64,000 nucleotides of DNA from Candidatus Dormiibacterota bacterium (GTDB lineage: Bacteria; Chloroflexota; Dormibacteria; Aeolococcales; Aeolococcaceae), in the NCBI GenBank assembly GCA_963709585.1, contig CAVPXI010000004.1, forward strand, positions 300,918-364,917, given 5' to 3'. The notes below the pieces were generated by a model that was not told the origin of the DNA, did no database searches, and was given only the letters and a program-made list of their open reading frames with translations. Made by a program: the position numbers and the translations under genes. This document shows, one piece after another, positions 50,971 to 62,785 of this stretch; position 1 is the stretch's first letter, and each line of letters starts with the position of its first letter.

Positions 50971-51489
50971 ATGAGGGCGGCCCTGTGGTGCCGCGTCTCC
51001 ACCACGCAACAGGACACCGAGAACCAGTTGATCGCCCTTCGGGCATGGGCAGAGCGCCGCGAAACGCCTGTCGTAAAGACGTTCATGGTGGAAGAGAGTG
51101 CCTGGAAAGGTGCTCAGCACCCCGCGTTGAAGGCCGCAATGGAATCCGCCCGCATGGGGGAGTACGACACGCTGCTCGTTTGGTCCCTGGACCGGCTGTC
51201 CAGAGAAGGTCCAGAGGCCATGCTGGGATGTCTACGCCGGTTCCGCGAGCTAGGCGTGACCGTCGAGTTGCTTCAAGAACCGTGGGTGAATGGTCCGCCC
51301 GAGATGCAGGAGCTTCTCGCGTCAATCATGGGATGGATCGCGGGCGTCGAGAGCACGCGGCGCAGTGAACGTGTCCGGGCGGGACTTGCTCGTCGGAAAG
51401 CGGCTGGTCAACCGATTGGCCGTCTCCCTGGTGCGAAAGATCGCAGACCCCGGAAGGTGTCGGGATACCACGCGAGGTACGGGCACTGA
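50971..51489 (+). CDS. serine resolvase/invertase
   Basis: WCRVST, ENQ, WSLDRLSR, ERVRAGL, IGR. Confidence 0.92.
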   Translation: MRAALWCRVSTTQQDTENQLIALRAWAERRETPVVKTFMVEESAWKGAQHPALKAAMESARMGEYDTLLVWSLDRLSREGPEAMLGCLRRFRELGVTVELLQEPWVNGPPEMQELLASIMGWIAGVESTRRSERVRAGLARRKAAGQPIGRLPGAKDRRPRKVSGYHARYGH

Positions 51490-51990
51490 GGCGGACACCG
51501 AGAAGCCAGTACATCCCTGGCGCGGGAGTTGCTGGACCGCGAATGTCAGCGATGGTCAACGGGTGCGGAATTGCCTCGCGGGGCAGGTACCAGAACACCT
51601 ACCCACCTATTTCCGTGTCGCTCAGGCCCGCACAGCGTCATGAATTGGTGCTTGCTATGTGGCTCGCGATGTGCATAGACCAAGAAACCCGGACATTGGC
51701 CGTTTCTGGCCGCGATCACCGGGTGACGACTTGCCGCCTAGGCCGCCTCAGTGGCACGAAACACGAGCATAAGATGAGACAGGGCAAGGTCTTATGGCCT
51801 GCAACAGGTTCGCCCTGACCCCTTGTTACTTCAGGGACGTGGCTGTACGCTTCCGGTACTGGACGCCAACGCGGCGATCCTCACGCAGCCCAGATACCGT
51901 AGAGGCGCGGAGCTACCGCCCGGTCAACGTGAGCCGGTGACGGGACCGCTGCCCGGCGACCCTGAGCACACTTCGTACCCAGGAGCCGAC

Positions 51991-52233
51991 ATGCGAATCA
52001 GCATAGGTGCTGCCCGACGCGCCGACAAACAACTCGCCCGGAACATGGACTTGATTCTTGGCTGGATCGAGTGCACTGCCAGGCACAACCATGACCCCGA
52101 GTGGGACCCAGCGGTCAAGGCCGCCGCCCGAGCCTTGCTTGACGCTCTGATCGACAGCGGAGCCGTTGTTGATGACGGCCAGACCCCAACACAGCGCGGG
52201 TACAACGCGGCTGTCGGAGCAGGACCCCGATGA
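51991..52233 (+). CDS. hypothetical protein
   Basis: SD AGGAG; ATGA-coupled to ATPase. Confidence 0.55.
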   Translation: MRISIGAARRADKQLARNMDLILGWIECTARHNHDPEWDPAVKAAARALLDALIDSGAVVDDGQTPTQRGYNAAVGAGPR

Positions 52234-53747
52234 CCGGCGAGGTCGTGGCGACCCCAAAGGAACCCACGCGCGCGGAGCAAGCCAAGGATGCCATGCGCGA
52301 TGCAGGTGACCTCTGGCACTCCGGGAAAGGAGACAAGCGTGAAGGATGGCTTTCATTCCAGGTGGATGACGGCGTGCAGAAGCCGCACTGTGAGCACTGG
52401 CCGATCATGTCACGCACGATTGACCTGCTCATCCGGCACACCTTCTACCTCAAGACGGGCTTTTCGCTCAAGGCGACAGAGGTGAAGGAAGTCCAGCGCG
52501 GACTCGAAACCCGCGCCCTGTTCCAGGGGGACCACCATGAGGTCCATCTGCGGATTGGACGCGCGGACGACGCGCTGTGGATCGACCTGCATGACCCCGA
52601 GTGGCGAGCGGTACGCGTGACCGCTGAGGGCTGGGTCGTAGTGAACGACCCGCCCATCATGTTCCGCCACGTGGACGGCATGGAAGCCCTGCCGATCCCG
52701 ATGAAGGGCGGCTCGGTGGAAGACCTGCGCCCCTTCCTCAACCTCAGTGACGACGACTGGATCATGGTGAAGGCGTTCATCGTCATGGCGTTCCGCGACA
52801 CCGGGCCGTTTCCAATCTTGGAATTCTGCGGGCAGGCTGGCGCGGCCAAGTCCACCTCGGCCAGGTTGCTCAGCCGCTTGATTGACCCGAGCGACAACGA
52901 GTTACTGGACGCCCCGAAGGAGTACGACTCCATGAGGGACGTGATGCTGGAAGTCAGGGAGCGGCGGCTTGTGGTCTTCGACAATCTGTCGAAGGTCTCG
53001 ACCACTTTCAGCAACATCCTCTGCGGCCTGAGCACGGGTCGGGGCTTCTCGACCCGCAAGCTCCGCACGGACCTCGAACGCGTACGCCTCAAGGCGATGC
53101 TGCCCGTTATCGTGTGCGGCGTCCCGGCGCTCGCGGAACGCAGTGACCTAGCTGACCGGGTAATCCTCATCCGGTCCAAGCGTCTCTCGAAGCGAAAGAC
53201 CGAACGCAAGCTGTTCCGGGAGTTCGACAAGGCCCGCCCGTTCGTCCTCGGCGCGGTGCTTGATGCGGTGAGCGGTGCCCTCGACCGGCTGCCACCACCA
53301 GATGCACCAGAGATGGAGTACCCACCACGACTCGCGGACTTCGCGGAGTGGAGTGTCGCCGCCGCCGATGACTTGGGCTTCACGGGGGCGGAGTTCCTGA
53401 CCGCGTACCAGAAGAACCGAGTTGCTTCGGCCATGATCGCGCTGGAACCCAGCCCGATTGCAAACGCCATCATCGACCTCGCCGGTCCGGGATGGCACGG
53501 CTCACCGACCGCGCTACTCGCGCTGCTCGGTGAGAGGTGCGACACGACGCGGGCTGACTACCCCGGGACGTTCAAAGCGCTCGCCAACGAGCTTGACCGG
53601 CTGCACGACCTCTTGCTCGCTGTCGATGTGGAAGTCATTCGCGGACACCGCACCGCGCAAGAGCGACTTATCACCATTCGGCGTACGCCCGTACGACCCG
53701 ACACACCCGTCACACCCGTCACACCCGTCACGAAGAAGGCGGCATGA
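52230..53747 (+). CDS. replication-associated P-loop ATPase/helicase of mobile elements
   Basis: GQAGAAKST Walker A, VFDN Walker B, RKLRTD, DLADR, PRLADF. Confidence 0.78.
   Translation: MTGEVVATPKEPTRAEQAKDAMRDAGDLWHSGKGDKREGWLSFQVDDGVQKPHCEHWPIMSRTIDLLIRHTFYLKTGFSLKATEVKEVQRGLETRALFQGDHHEVHLRIGRADDALWIDLHDPEWRAVRVTAEGWVVVNDPPIMFRHVDGMEALPIPMKGGSVEDLRPFLNLSDDDWIMVKAFIVMAFRDTGPFPILEFCGQAGAAKSTSARLLSRLIDPSDNELLDAPKEYDSMRDVMLEVRERRLVVFDNLSKVSTTFSNILCGLSTGRGFSTRKLRTDLERVRLKAMLPVIVCGVPALAERSDLADRVILIRSKRLSKRKTERKLFREFDKARPFVLGAVLDAVSGALDRLPPPDAPEMEYPPRLADFAEWSVAAADDLGFTGAEFLTAYQKNRVASAMIALEPSPIANAIIDLAGPGWHGSPTALLALLGERCDTTRADYPGTFKALANELDRLHDLLLAVDVEVIRGHRTAQERLITIRRTPVRPDTPVTPVTPVTKKAA
53702..53731 (+). 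repeat. 9-bp tandem repeat CACACCCGT x3
   Basis: direct inspection; encodes TPVTPVTPV. Confidence 0.9.
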
Positions 53748-53971
53748 GCAGGGACGCCGGTTACGACGCGGCGCGGCAGAGGCGACGTGACCGGGCACGT
53801 CCGAAGATGCGGTGCGAGTACTGCGGGCGTGTCATCACTCGGACACGGGTCACTCAGCGGTTCTGCCAGAACAACAATCTGTGCAAGCAGGCGATGTGGC
53901 GCGAGCAGGAGCGCGAGCGGAAGCTCGGGTGGTTACGCGCCGGGTTACGTGCCGGGGCAGACGATGAGTGA
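53744..53971 (+). CDS. small Zn-finger protein
   Basis: CEYCG..QRFC..C; ATGA overlap. Confidence 0.65.
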   Translation: MSRDAGYDAARQRRRDRARPKMRCEYCGRVITRTRVTQRFCQNNNLCKQAMWREQERERKLGWLRAGLRAGADDE

Positions 53972-54167
53972 GCAAGGCCAGATGGAAATGATGCCCTGTG
54001 TTCGCTGCGGCTCCACCCGGCGCGGTGCCCCACGTGAGCGCAACCCATACGGCGAGTGCCTGGACTGTGAGGCCATCAGGACTGCCGCTTGGTACGCCAA
54101 GTACAGCGGCCCCTACAACATCGCCCGCCGCTTGCGGAATACCTACGGCATCGAGATCTACGACTGA
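53964..54167 (+). CDS. small Zn-finger protein
   Basis: CVRCG..CLDC. Confidence 0.55.
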   Translation: MSEQGQMEMMPCVRCGSTRRGAPRERNPYGECLDCEAIRTAAWYAKYSGPYNIARRLRNTYGIEIYD

Positions 54168-54974
54168 GCCGGTTTCTGGGGATAGGGCTTGCCACACAGG
54201 CGTGCGATAACCGTCTGACTGGTATCAGTTTTGGAACCAACGGGTTGGACTGTTGCGGACGTGCCTGTCAGTGGAATTATTCTGTGGAAACCGCCCTGCC
54301 AGCCTTGCTTGTACAGCCTCTCACAGCATCGTACGTGCTGCCCCGTAGGGCACCCAGCAGACACGTCACGCCTCACCCCCCGTGTCCTTGCCCATGAGCA
54401 CGCCTACACAGGCAGAGCAGCACACATCCCATCCCGGGACAGGCAGCCCAACAAGCCTCTCAGAATCTCGGCGCTACGGCCTCTCAGAGCGCCCAGGAGA
54501 CTCGGGACTTGGTAGGTCCGTATCGTTGCCCTCACTGTATGGAGACGAGATCAGGACAGGTAGCGTCCATGCCCGGCTATCGCTGGCTCAGAGGCACGAA
54601 TAGCCTTGGCATGTTAGGTGCACACTCACGCGTGATTGGGTACGTGTGTCCGTATACGTCTGGCATCCGAACATGACCGAGAACGGTGGCCTAGCTTGTT
54701 TGCCCTGCTGCCATCACTCGCCTTGGTTCAGGGAATACTGATGACCTCGACCCGGTATCAGTCAAAGAGAGTGAAGTCGCTGATGCCGTATTTGTGCGCT
54801 CCCCGACGCGCTAGGTAGGCCCCGCTGTGTTCTTATCCAGGGCTGCTCGGGACGGCTTGAGATCAAACAAAGAGAGCGAAGGTGCACACCTATCCCTGCA
54901 TCAGAGCACTATTCCAGTCACTTTCCTCATCAGTTATCCGCATTCAGAGGTGTTGCTGGCCCCGGAAAACGGCC

Positions 54975-55484
54975 TCAGAGGGGCTTCGTTCGCCCAAATG
55001 GCTCGTAGGGCTTTGACCAGTCCATGCCGAATGCACTTATGTTGCCCGCAGGCTTGTCTACCTTGGGCGGACCCATGATCAAGGCTGGGCGCTCTCGCCA
55101 GCAATTAGGACTGAACGCCCGGTGCTTGAACGGGTATCCACCACACGAGCAGGGCTTCCTTTTGCCGATACGGTGAGTAGCCCCGTGGGAGTGGCATCTA
55201 TCGCCGCCGACTACCGCCCACCGCTGACAGGCCTGTCCGCTGGCGGAAACGCCTGAGCATTTCTGAGATGGCAGGTCAGGGTCGAACAGCGCCAGAACAG
55301 TCGTCGGCAGCCTGCGTCCACCCCTGGTCGGTTGTCCACCTACAAGGCCGGTGGGCTTGGTGCGACGTATGCCGAATTGGTCGCTCCACGTCTGCTTATG
55401 CCGCCGCCGAACAATGTCTCGTCGGACGATTGCCTTGGGGCGTGCCACTGACACCAGCGTATCGGCTGAACGCTCTGTTGTCAT
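54975..55484 (-). CDS. HGGxSTG-like Cys/His domain protein
   Basis: C.G...SG..C...A..G..RC..HGA. Confidence 0.5.
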   Translation of the reverse strand: MTTERSADTLVSVARPKAIVRRDIVRRRHKQTWSDQFGIRRTKPTGLVGGQPTRGGRRLPTTVLALFDPDLPSQKCSGVSASGQACQRWAVVGGDRCHSHGATHRIGKRKPCSCGGYPFKHRAFSPNCWRERPALIMGPPKVDKPAGNISAFGMDWSKPYEPFGRTKPL

Positions 55485-55505
55485 GAATACCCCGGCTGGC
55501 CGGGA

Positions 55506-56003
55506 TCAGACTGCCACCCGCTTGCGAAGCAGGTCTTCCAGGGAGACTTCCTCGGGTGTCTCGTCAGCCAGTACGGAAGGAACCCTTCGCACACCTGAAC
55601 CCGCCCTCACTCCGCGTTGAATGGCCGCGTCGATGTCGATGTTGCTGGCTCCGCTCTCTCGACAGGCCGCGAGGGCCACGCGAACACGTTGATCGTGTGG
55701 CTTGCCGCCGACTAAGTTCAGAACGCCGCTGATCATTAGGCTTTGCGCGACTGCCTGCTCAAGAGCTTGGAGAGCAAGTGCCGGTGACGGCGGTGTCGGC
55801 TCGTAGTCGATCTGGCGCGTGAGTAGGGGTTGGACGTGAGGATTCCAGGGACCGACGACCTCTACCGGCTTCGCTGCTCGCTGCCTTGCTCGTCTCGCAC
55901 TCTGCCGGGCGGATTGGCGGCGAAGGTTGCATGTGTGGCAGAGATGGGAGCGCCCGGTGACGGCTACCCCGCAATCCTCGCATCGCTGTTGGAAGCGGCT
56001 CAT
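55506..56003 (-). CDS. Zn-ribbon hypothetical protein
   Basis: RCEDCGVAV..CHTC. Confidence 0.6.
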   Translation of the reverse strand: MSRFQQRCEDCGVAVTGRSHLCHTCNLRRQSARQSARRARQRAAKPVEVVGPWNPHVQPLLTRQIDYEPTPPSPALALQALEQAVAQSLMISGVLNLVGGKPHDQRVRVALAACRESGASNIDIDAAIQRGVRAGSGVRRVPSVLADETPEEVSLEDLLRKRVAV

Positions 56004-56479
56004 GCCCGCCGCCTGTGCTCAGAGCCGCACGACGGACACGTGCACCTATCCCCGATGCTTGGCGTCGCAATCTCATCGTGTAGCTCACGCGTTGTCCAGC
56101 CGTTCGCGTCTGCCAGTGACAGCAAGCGACGTTGCTCGTCAGGATCTAGCGCAGCCACCTCACGATGGTGCGTCCACGAAAGAGATTCCACCCTTACCCG
56201 CGCGGGTACACGGGAGGCGACGGACTTGGCGTTCGCCTGCGTCTGGTAGGCGAAGCCGGTTGCGTCTTCAAGCTGCGCTGCCAACTCACCGAACCTGCCT
56301 TCTGCCCAGTTGAGGAAATCACCCATCCACCACATCGTCCCGCCGTGCAGCGTCTTCAGCGTTTCCCAGACCGTTGCGGCCTCGTCAAAGGTCAGGTTGC
56401 CGGGTTGATACGACACAGGCGTCAATACTCCGGGCAGCCCGGACAGTTCATTGCGCGGGGCAAGTGCGAGCGTGGTCAC
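56000..56479 (-). CDS. LmbU-like DNA-binding protein
   Basis: WWMGD..G..YQT..R...LSWTHHREVA..W...EL; C-terminal CPSCG. Confidence 0.7.
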   Translation of the reverse strand: MTTLALAPRNELSGLPGVLTPVSYQPGNLTFDEAATVWETLKTLHGGTMWWMGDFLNWAEGRFGELAAQLEDATGFAYQTQANAKSVASRVPARVRVESLSWTHHREVAALDPDEQRRLLSLADANGWTTRELHDEIATPSIGDRCTCPSCGSEHRRRA

Positions 56480-56605
56480 AACGATCCCACGTCCGCGTGA
56501 GCGCATCCACCATTGTCGGCGTGGTCGTGGTAGACGTGGCACGTCCAGCACAGACCGTAGCCCGCTTCAATGCGCGCCAACTGAGCGCCAAACTTCCTCT
56601 GGAAC

Positions 56606-57484
56606 TCAGACTTCCTCGGCCGCCTCGCGCTCAGCGACGGTCCTAATCGGTGGACCTGTGATGCCCCCTGCGGGGTCGTCCACGTCTCTGTCGGCACCAG
56701 TCACCCTGCCTGTTTGCGGTGATGCTGCTCGGACAGATACAGGAACAATCCCGATCTGGTCATCCACGGTTACTTGTTCAGGAATAGCTTGGGTAAGAAC
56801 TGATACAGATGCTCCATCAGTACCCAATGCCTGGTTTCGCGCCCGTGCCATTGTTACCCGACGCCGACTGAGTCGACGTTGGGCATATCTGAGGTGGGCG
56901 CGGTTGAGGAAGTTGAGGTCAATGACGAGTTGGCGAGAGCGTCCGTGCTCCCCTGGATGACCGGGGCGCAGCATGAAGCCAGGAATCTCTTTGATGCCCG
57001 CTTGGAGCCGAGCGTCGGCCGTGGCGAACCGACCACCGAGCGCGTTCCTGACGTAGCGTGCCGAGAGTTGTCCGGTGCTCCCACGGATGAGGGCCTGAAC
57101 CTCTGGGTCTGAACACCGCGCTGACTGAATGATCGAGGGGTACAGGGGGTTGATCTCGTCCACCATGTCCTTGTCTACGCGGCGTAGGTTGCGGACCTTC
57201 GGAGTGCGCTTGGGCTGATCCAGCCGCCCGCAGCGGTTGCACGTGACACCGTGAGCGCGTTTCCGGGGATCGGGGCTGTTGCGGTAGTCATAGACCTTGC
57301 CCTTGTGACGCCTGCCGATCACCTCACATAGCGGACACCGGCTACCGTGCCCGATCTCGTCCCACCACGCGGGTTTGAGGTGCGTCAGCGGCGGCCCGAC
57401 GCGAGGCGTGCGAGGGCGTGCTTCAGCGACAGGGGAAAGGTTGTGCTGCCGGGTATCAGCGGATGGTATTCTTGCGGAGATCAC
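56606..57484 (-). CDS. hypothetical protein with CxxC pairs
   Basis: CPLC and CNRC in long ORF. Confidence 0.5.
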   Translation of the reverse strand: MISARIPSADTRQHNLSPVAEARPRTPRVGPPLTHLKPAWWDEIGHGSRCPLCEVIGRRHKGKVYDYRNSPDPRKRAHGVTCNRCGRLDQPKRTPKVRNLRRVDKDMVDEINPLYPSIIQSARCSDPEVQALIRGSTGQLSARYVRNALGGRFATADARLQAGIKEIPGFMLRPGHPGEHGRSRQLVIDLNFLNRAHLRYAQRRLSRRRVTMARARNQALGTDGASVSVLTQAIPEQVTVDDQIGIVPVSVRAASPQTGRVTGADRDVDDPAGGITGPPIRTVAEREAAEEV

Positions 57485-57610
57485 TGTCAGTACCAGTGGT
57501 CACGCCCTCAAACTCCCTGCCAGGGGAGAGAGAGAACTCGTTGGATGGCTCAGCCGGGTGGCTGGGCCTTTCTACGTTTTGGGGGTTCACACGCATCACG
57601 GGGGTCGTCT

Positions 57611-58036
57611 TCATGACGCCACCTTCCGGGCCGCATAGCGGACACGTTTCCGTGCGTTGACTTCATCGCGATGCTCGGCGCGGTAAGTCCTCTCGGCGGC
57701 TTGAACGGGTTCGGGATTGGCGGCGTACCGGACGCGCTGCTGCTCACGATCCAGGGCACGACGGCGGTCGCGTTCCTCTTCGGTCATCCTCATCCGATGC
57801 GCTCGCTGGTAGTCAGCGTTTGAGAAGACGATGTGCTCGGGGTTGTGCCGCCTCGCGAAGTTCGCGCACGACCTGCACCTCGTGGGCTGGTGCGAGGCTG
57901 CCTGTCGCGAGATAGCTACGCCGCAATCCTGACAACGAGGCTCGGGATGAACGGTCGGCTGACTGCGTGCAGACGTGCTTTTGACTACCCTCTCACGTCT
58001 AAACCGGGCGAAGAACGCAGTCAGCAGAGAGAACAT
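57611..58036 (-). CDS. Zn-ribbon + Arg-rich helical hypothetical protein
   Basis: RCQDCGVAI..CRSC, YRAEHRDEVNARKR. Confidence 0.6.
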   Translation of the reverse strand: MFSLLTAFFARFRRERVVKSTSARSQPTVHPEPRCQDCGVAISRQAASHQPTRCRSCANFARRHNPEHIVFSNADYQRAHRMRMTEEERDRRRALDREQQRVRYAANPEPVQAAERTYRAEHRDEVNARKRVRYAARKVAS

Positions 58037-58037
58037 C

Positions 58038-58390
58038 TCAACGCCAGGACGCTATGAGGGCGGCAATGTCCTGCCCGGTGGCGCTCTTGCGGTTGCCGAT
58101 GCTCGTGATACGACCGCCCTCAGCGGTCCCTGCGTCTGCCGGTGGAAGCTGCGTCGGCTTGCCGTCTGGCGTGTAGTTCGGGTCAGCGAGTGGCTTGACG
58201 CCGACCATCGGCCCGACGAGTGGACGCCGCCTGCCTGCGGGCGCGCTCCCCGTGCCGCTCAGCGGCAGCGTCACATCAACGGCATCCGGGTTCGTTGCAC
58301 GGGACAGCCCCGGTTCAACATCGGCGCGTGGTGGCGTCGGTTGCATCCCCGGGACAGCGTTCGAGTGCGGCGGGGGACTGGCGTTGACGC
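58038..58390 (-). CDS. hypothetical protein, 5' end cut at junction
   Basis: frame stays open from 58346 up to the junction. Confidence 0.4.
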
Positions 58391-59677
58391 GAATACATCG
58401 TTCAATACACCGCCAAAGACCCGCTCGTCATGGGCATCGGCTTCGCCGCAACCCGCGACCTGAACTCCTTCCTCCGTTACTCAGCCAAAGACGACGCCGG
58501 CAATCCCAATCCGGTCGCCGGCCAAATCCGATGGGCGATAGCCAGGGCAATTCCCAATCCGGCAACTTCATACGATCTTTCATCAATCTCGGCTTCAACC
58601 AGGACGAAGCCAACCGCATCGTCTTCGACGGCGCCAATCCCCACATCGCCGCCCGCCAAATGGCTTTGAATTTTCGTTTCGCCAACGCCAAAGGAGCCGC
58701 CGGTCTGAACGAGCCCGGCAGCGAAGGCGTCCTTTGGTGGAGCGACTACAGACAAAGCCCGCCATCTCCAAAAGCCGGCCTCCTCGATCGCTGCAAAGCC
58801 ACCAACACCTGCCCGAAAATCATCGAGACCTTCGGCGCCCTCGAATTCTGGTACCTGCGCGAATCGCCCAACCTGGTCGGCACGGATGCCAAAACCGACA
58901 TCCCGCTCCCCAACAACGTCCGCCGCTATTTCTTCCCCGGCACATCGCACGGCGGAGGACGAGGAGGCTTCAGCGCCGCCACTCCCGCGCCGCCCAACGG
59001 CTGCACGCTCCCCACAAACCCCAACCCCGAAACCGAGACCATGCACGCCCTCAACAAGGCGCTCATCGACTGGGTCACCAAAGGCGCCGAACCCCCGCCC
59101 AGCCGCTATCCCCGGTCGCCCGCGGGTGAACTCGCCGCCGCCCGCCGACGGCCCGGTGGCTATCAACTCCTTCCTCGATAACGACTTCGGTCCCGACTTC
59201 AAATACGCCGATCTGTCAGGCGTCATCTCCCGTGAACCGCCCTTGGTCCGCCAGTCATCCCGATGCTGGTTCCCAAACGCGATGCCGACGGAAACGAACT
59301 AGGCGGAGTGCCTTCCGTCCTGCAATCCGCGCCCCTGGGCACCTACCTGGGCTGGAACATCGCGGCCAGCGGATTCGACAAAGGCAAAATCTGCGGACTG
59401 GCCGGAGGCTATCAACCCTTCGCGAAGACTAAAGCCGAGCACCTGGCAGCAAACGACCCGCGCCCTTCGCTCGAAGAGCGCTACGGAACCCACCAGGGCT
59501 ACGTAGAAGCCGTGAAGAAAGCCGCCGAACAAGCCGTCCGCGACCGCTTCCTGCTGCCGCGAGGATGCCGACAAACTCATCGCCCAGGCTCAGGCCAGCG
59601 ATGTCCTGCGCTCCGCCTGTACGCCATTGGTGGTGCATATCCACCGAGGCGAACGAAACGAGTCTTTAACACTATGA
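58391..59677 (+). CDS. alpha/beta-hydrolase-domain protein, C-terminal part, several frameshifts
   Basis: YTAKDPLVMGIGFAATRD, GNSQSG, DADGNELGGV, DPRPSLEERY. Confidence 0.8.
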
Positions 59678-59724
59678 AAACAAAGGAAAATATAATTGGC
59701 ATGACACCTGCTACCTTAAACGTC

Positions 59725-60641
59725 ATGAAACGGTCACTCGAAATACTCATCACGCTGGCGCGCTGCGCTGCCCCGTACTGGCGCAGAACTACCCCCCGCC
59801 GCCACCCCAATATCCACAGGCGCACGCAACACGCATCCAACAACAACAGCCGTACTATGGCAACAGCGTATCCGCCGCCCAATACCCCAGCAGCCGCCGC
59901 AATATCCCCGCAGCAGCTTGACCAGCTGGTAGCCCGCATCGCGCTCTACCCCGATCCGTTGCTGGCCCAGATACTGACCGCGTCCACCTTCTCCAACCAG
60001 ATCATGGATGCCGCCGGCTGGTCACGCGCCCACGCTTACCTGCAGCCCGACCAGATGGCCCACGCCATTCAGGAAGACCAGCTGCCCTGGGACCCCAGCG
60101 TCATCGGCCTCCTGCCCATTCCCCCAGGTCCTGAACATGATGTCCGGCGACATGGCTTGGACCCAGCAGCTCGGCAACGCCGTACTCGCCAACCGCGCCG
60201 CCGTAATGGATGCCATTCAGCGTCAGCGTCCGTCTCAATGAACTACGGCTACCTCCGCACCAACCCGCAGGAGCGCGTCGTTGTGGCAGGCCCCGGCGAC
60301 ATCGAGATCCTGCCGGTAGACCCCGGTTACATCTATGTACCGTACTATGACCCGTACATCGTCTACTCGCGGCCGCGCCCCGGCTTCTTCATCGGCGGCG
60401 CGATCAGCTTCGGCCCCCGCATCGGAATCGGCGTCTTCGCCCCTGGGGCTGGGGAGGCATCTCATTCGGATGGCGCAGTCACGCGATCATCGTGAACAAC
60501 CGCCCATGGGAACGCACCTGGGTGAATCGTCAGACCTACGTCCACCCTTACGTCAGCGCCGCGCTTCAACGGCCTACCAGGAACATCACGAGATGCGCGA
60601 ATACCACGCGCCGCCTCGCGAAGCGCGGCCGCGACCGTTAG
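59725..60641 (+). CDS. DUF3300 protein, frameshifted
   Basis: QLDQLVARIALYPDPLLAQIL.AST, WDPSV, YVPYYDP. Confidence 0.85.
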
Positions 60642-60645
60642 GGAC

Positions 60646-60664
60646 ACGCGCATTTCATGCGCGT
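60646..60664. terminator. hairpin between convergent genes
   Basis: ACGCGCAT-TTC-ATGCGCGT. Confidence 0.45.
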
Positions 60665-60742
60665 CTCTTCTGTACCGGGCGCTCGCTGGACCGGACATTG
60701 TGGGGCGGTGCCATCCTAGTGTTAATCGGCCACTGCGGGCCT

Positions 60743-62125
<1,383 letters not shown>

Positions 62126-62133
62126 AAGCCAGT

Positions 62134-62663
62134 TTATAACCTGTACGCGAAGATGGCGTCCACTTCAAGCGCGCCGCCGAACATGAGTGGGATTTTCTGC
62201 CCGGTTTGGTAGGTCTTCGAGGCGCCGTCGGGGGTGGAAACCTTCACGACGTGACGCTTCGGATCGACCACCCAGAACTCCTGGCAGCCGTTCTCCAGGC
62301 ACAGTTCTTCCTTCTCGAAGATCTCGGATGCCGAATTCGAGGGCGACAGCACCTCGACGACGAGCTCCGGAGCGCCCATCAGGTATCGTTGGATCGAACC
62401 GTACCGCTTGCGCGAAACGAACGCGACGGCGGCAATAAAATACTGATATTCGCCGGTCGGGCGAAAACCCCACTCGGTGCCCACGCAACCGGCAGACCCC
62501 CGGCCGCCGTCAGCAAGTCTCTGAGCTGCAGCTGAATGTGAAAATGATCGTGAAGCGGTATCGGCAATTCGATCAGTTCTCCATTGCGGAGTTCATATCG
62601 CCGCCCATTGTCCGGCATTTGCTCGAACTGCGCGAACGTCATCAGGCTTGTGGTCGTCGCCAT
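62134..62663 (-). CDS. Uma2-family endonuclease, frameshifted
   Basis: [29 protein letters not shown]. Confidence 0.85.
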
Positions 62664-62785
62664 CGCGGAAGCTCCTGACATCGATTGTAACCGTTATACT
62701 CAAGGCTTGCGGCGGTTGCCGGGCCGCCGACCCCGCCCTTGCCTTGACTCGGGTAGTGCGATCCGAAAGCAGACAGGACCCGTTC

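Larger units (their letters stand above)
44409..58390. mobile_element. integrated phage-satellite-like element at tRNA-Thr(GGT); right end not present
   Basis: integrase adjacent to tRNA, replication ATPase, resolvase, RM cargo, lower GC; no second att seen. Confidence 0.8.

Noticed and set aside
51768-51798. CATAAGA..TCTTATG inverted repeat as a resolvase res site
   Set aside because: Short arms and no convincing multi-subsite pattern
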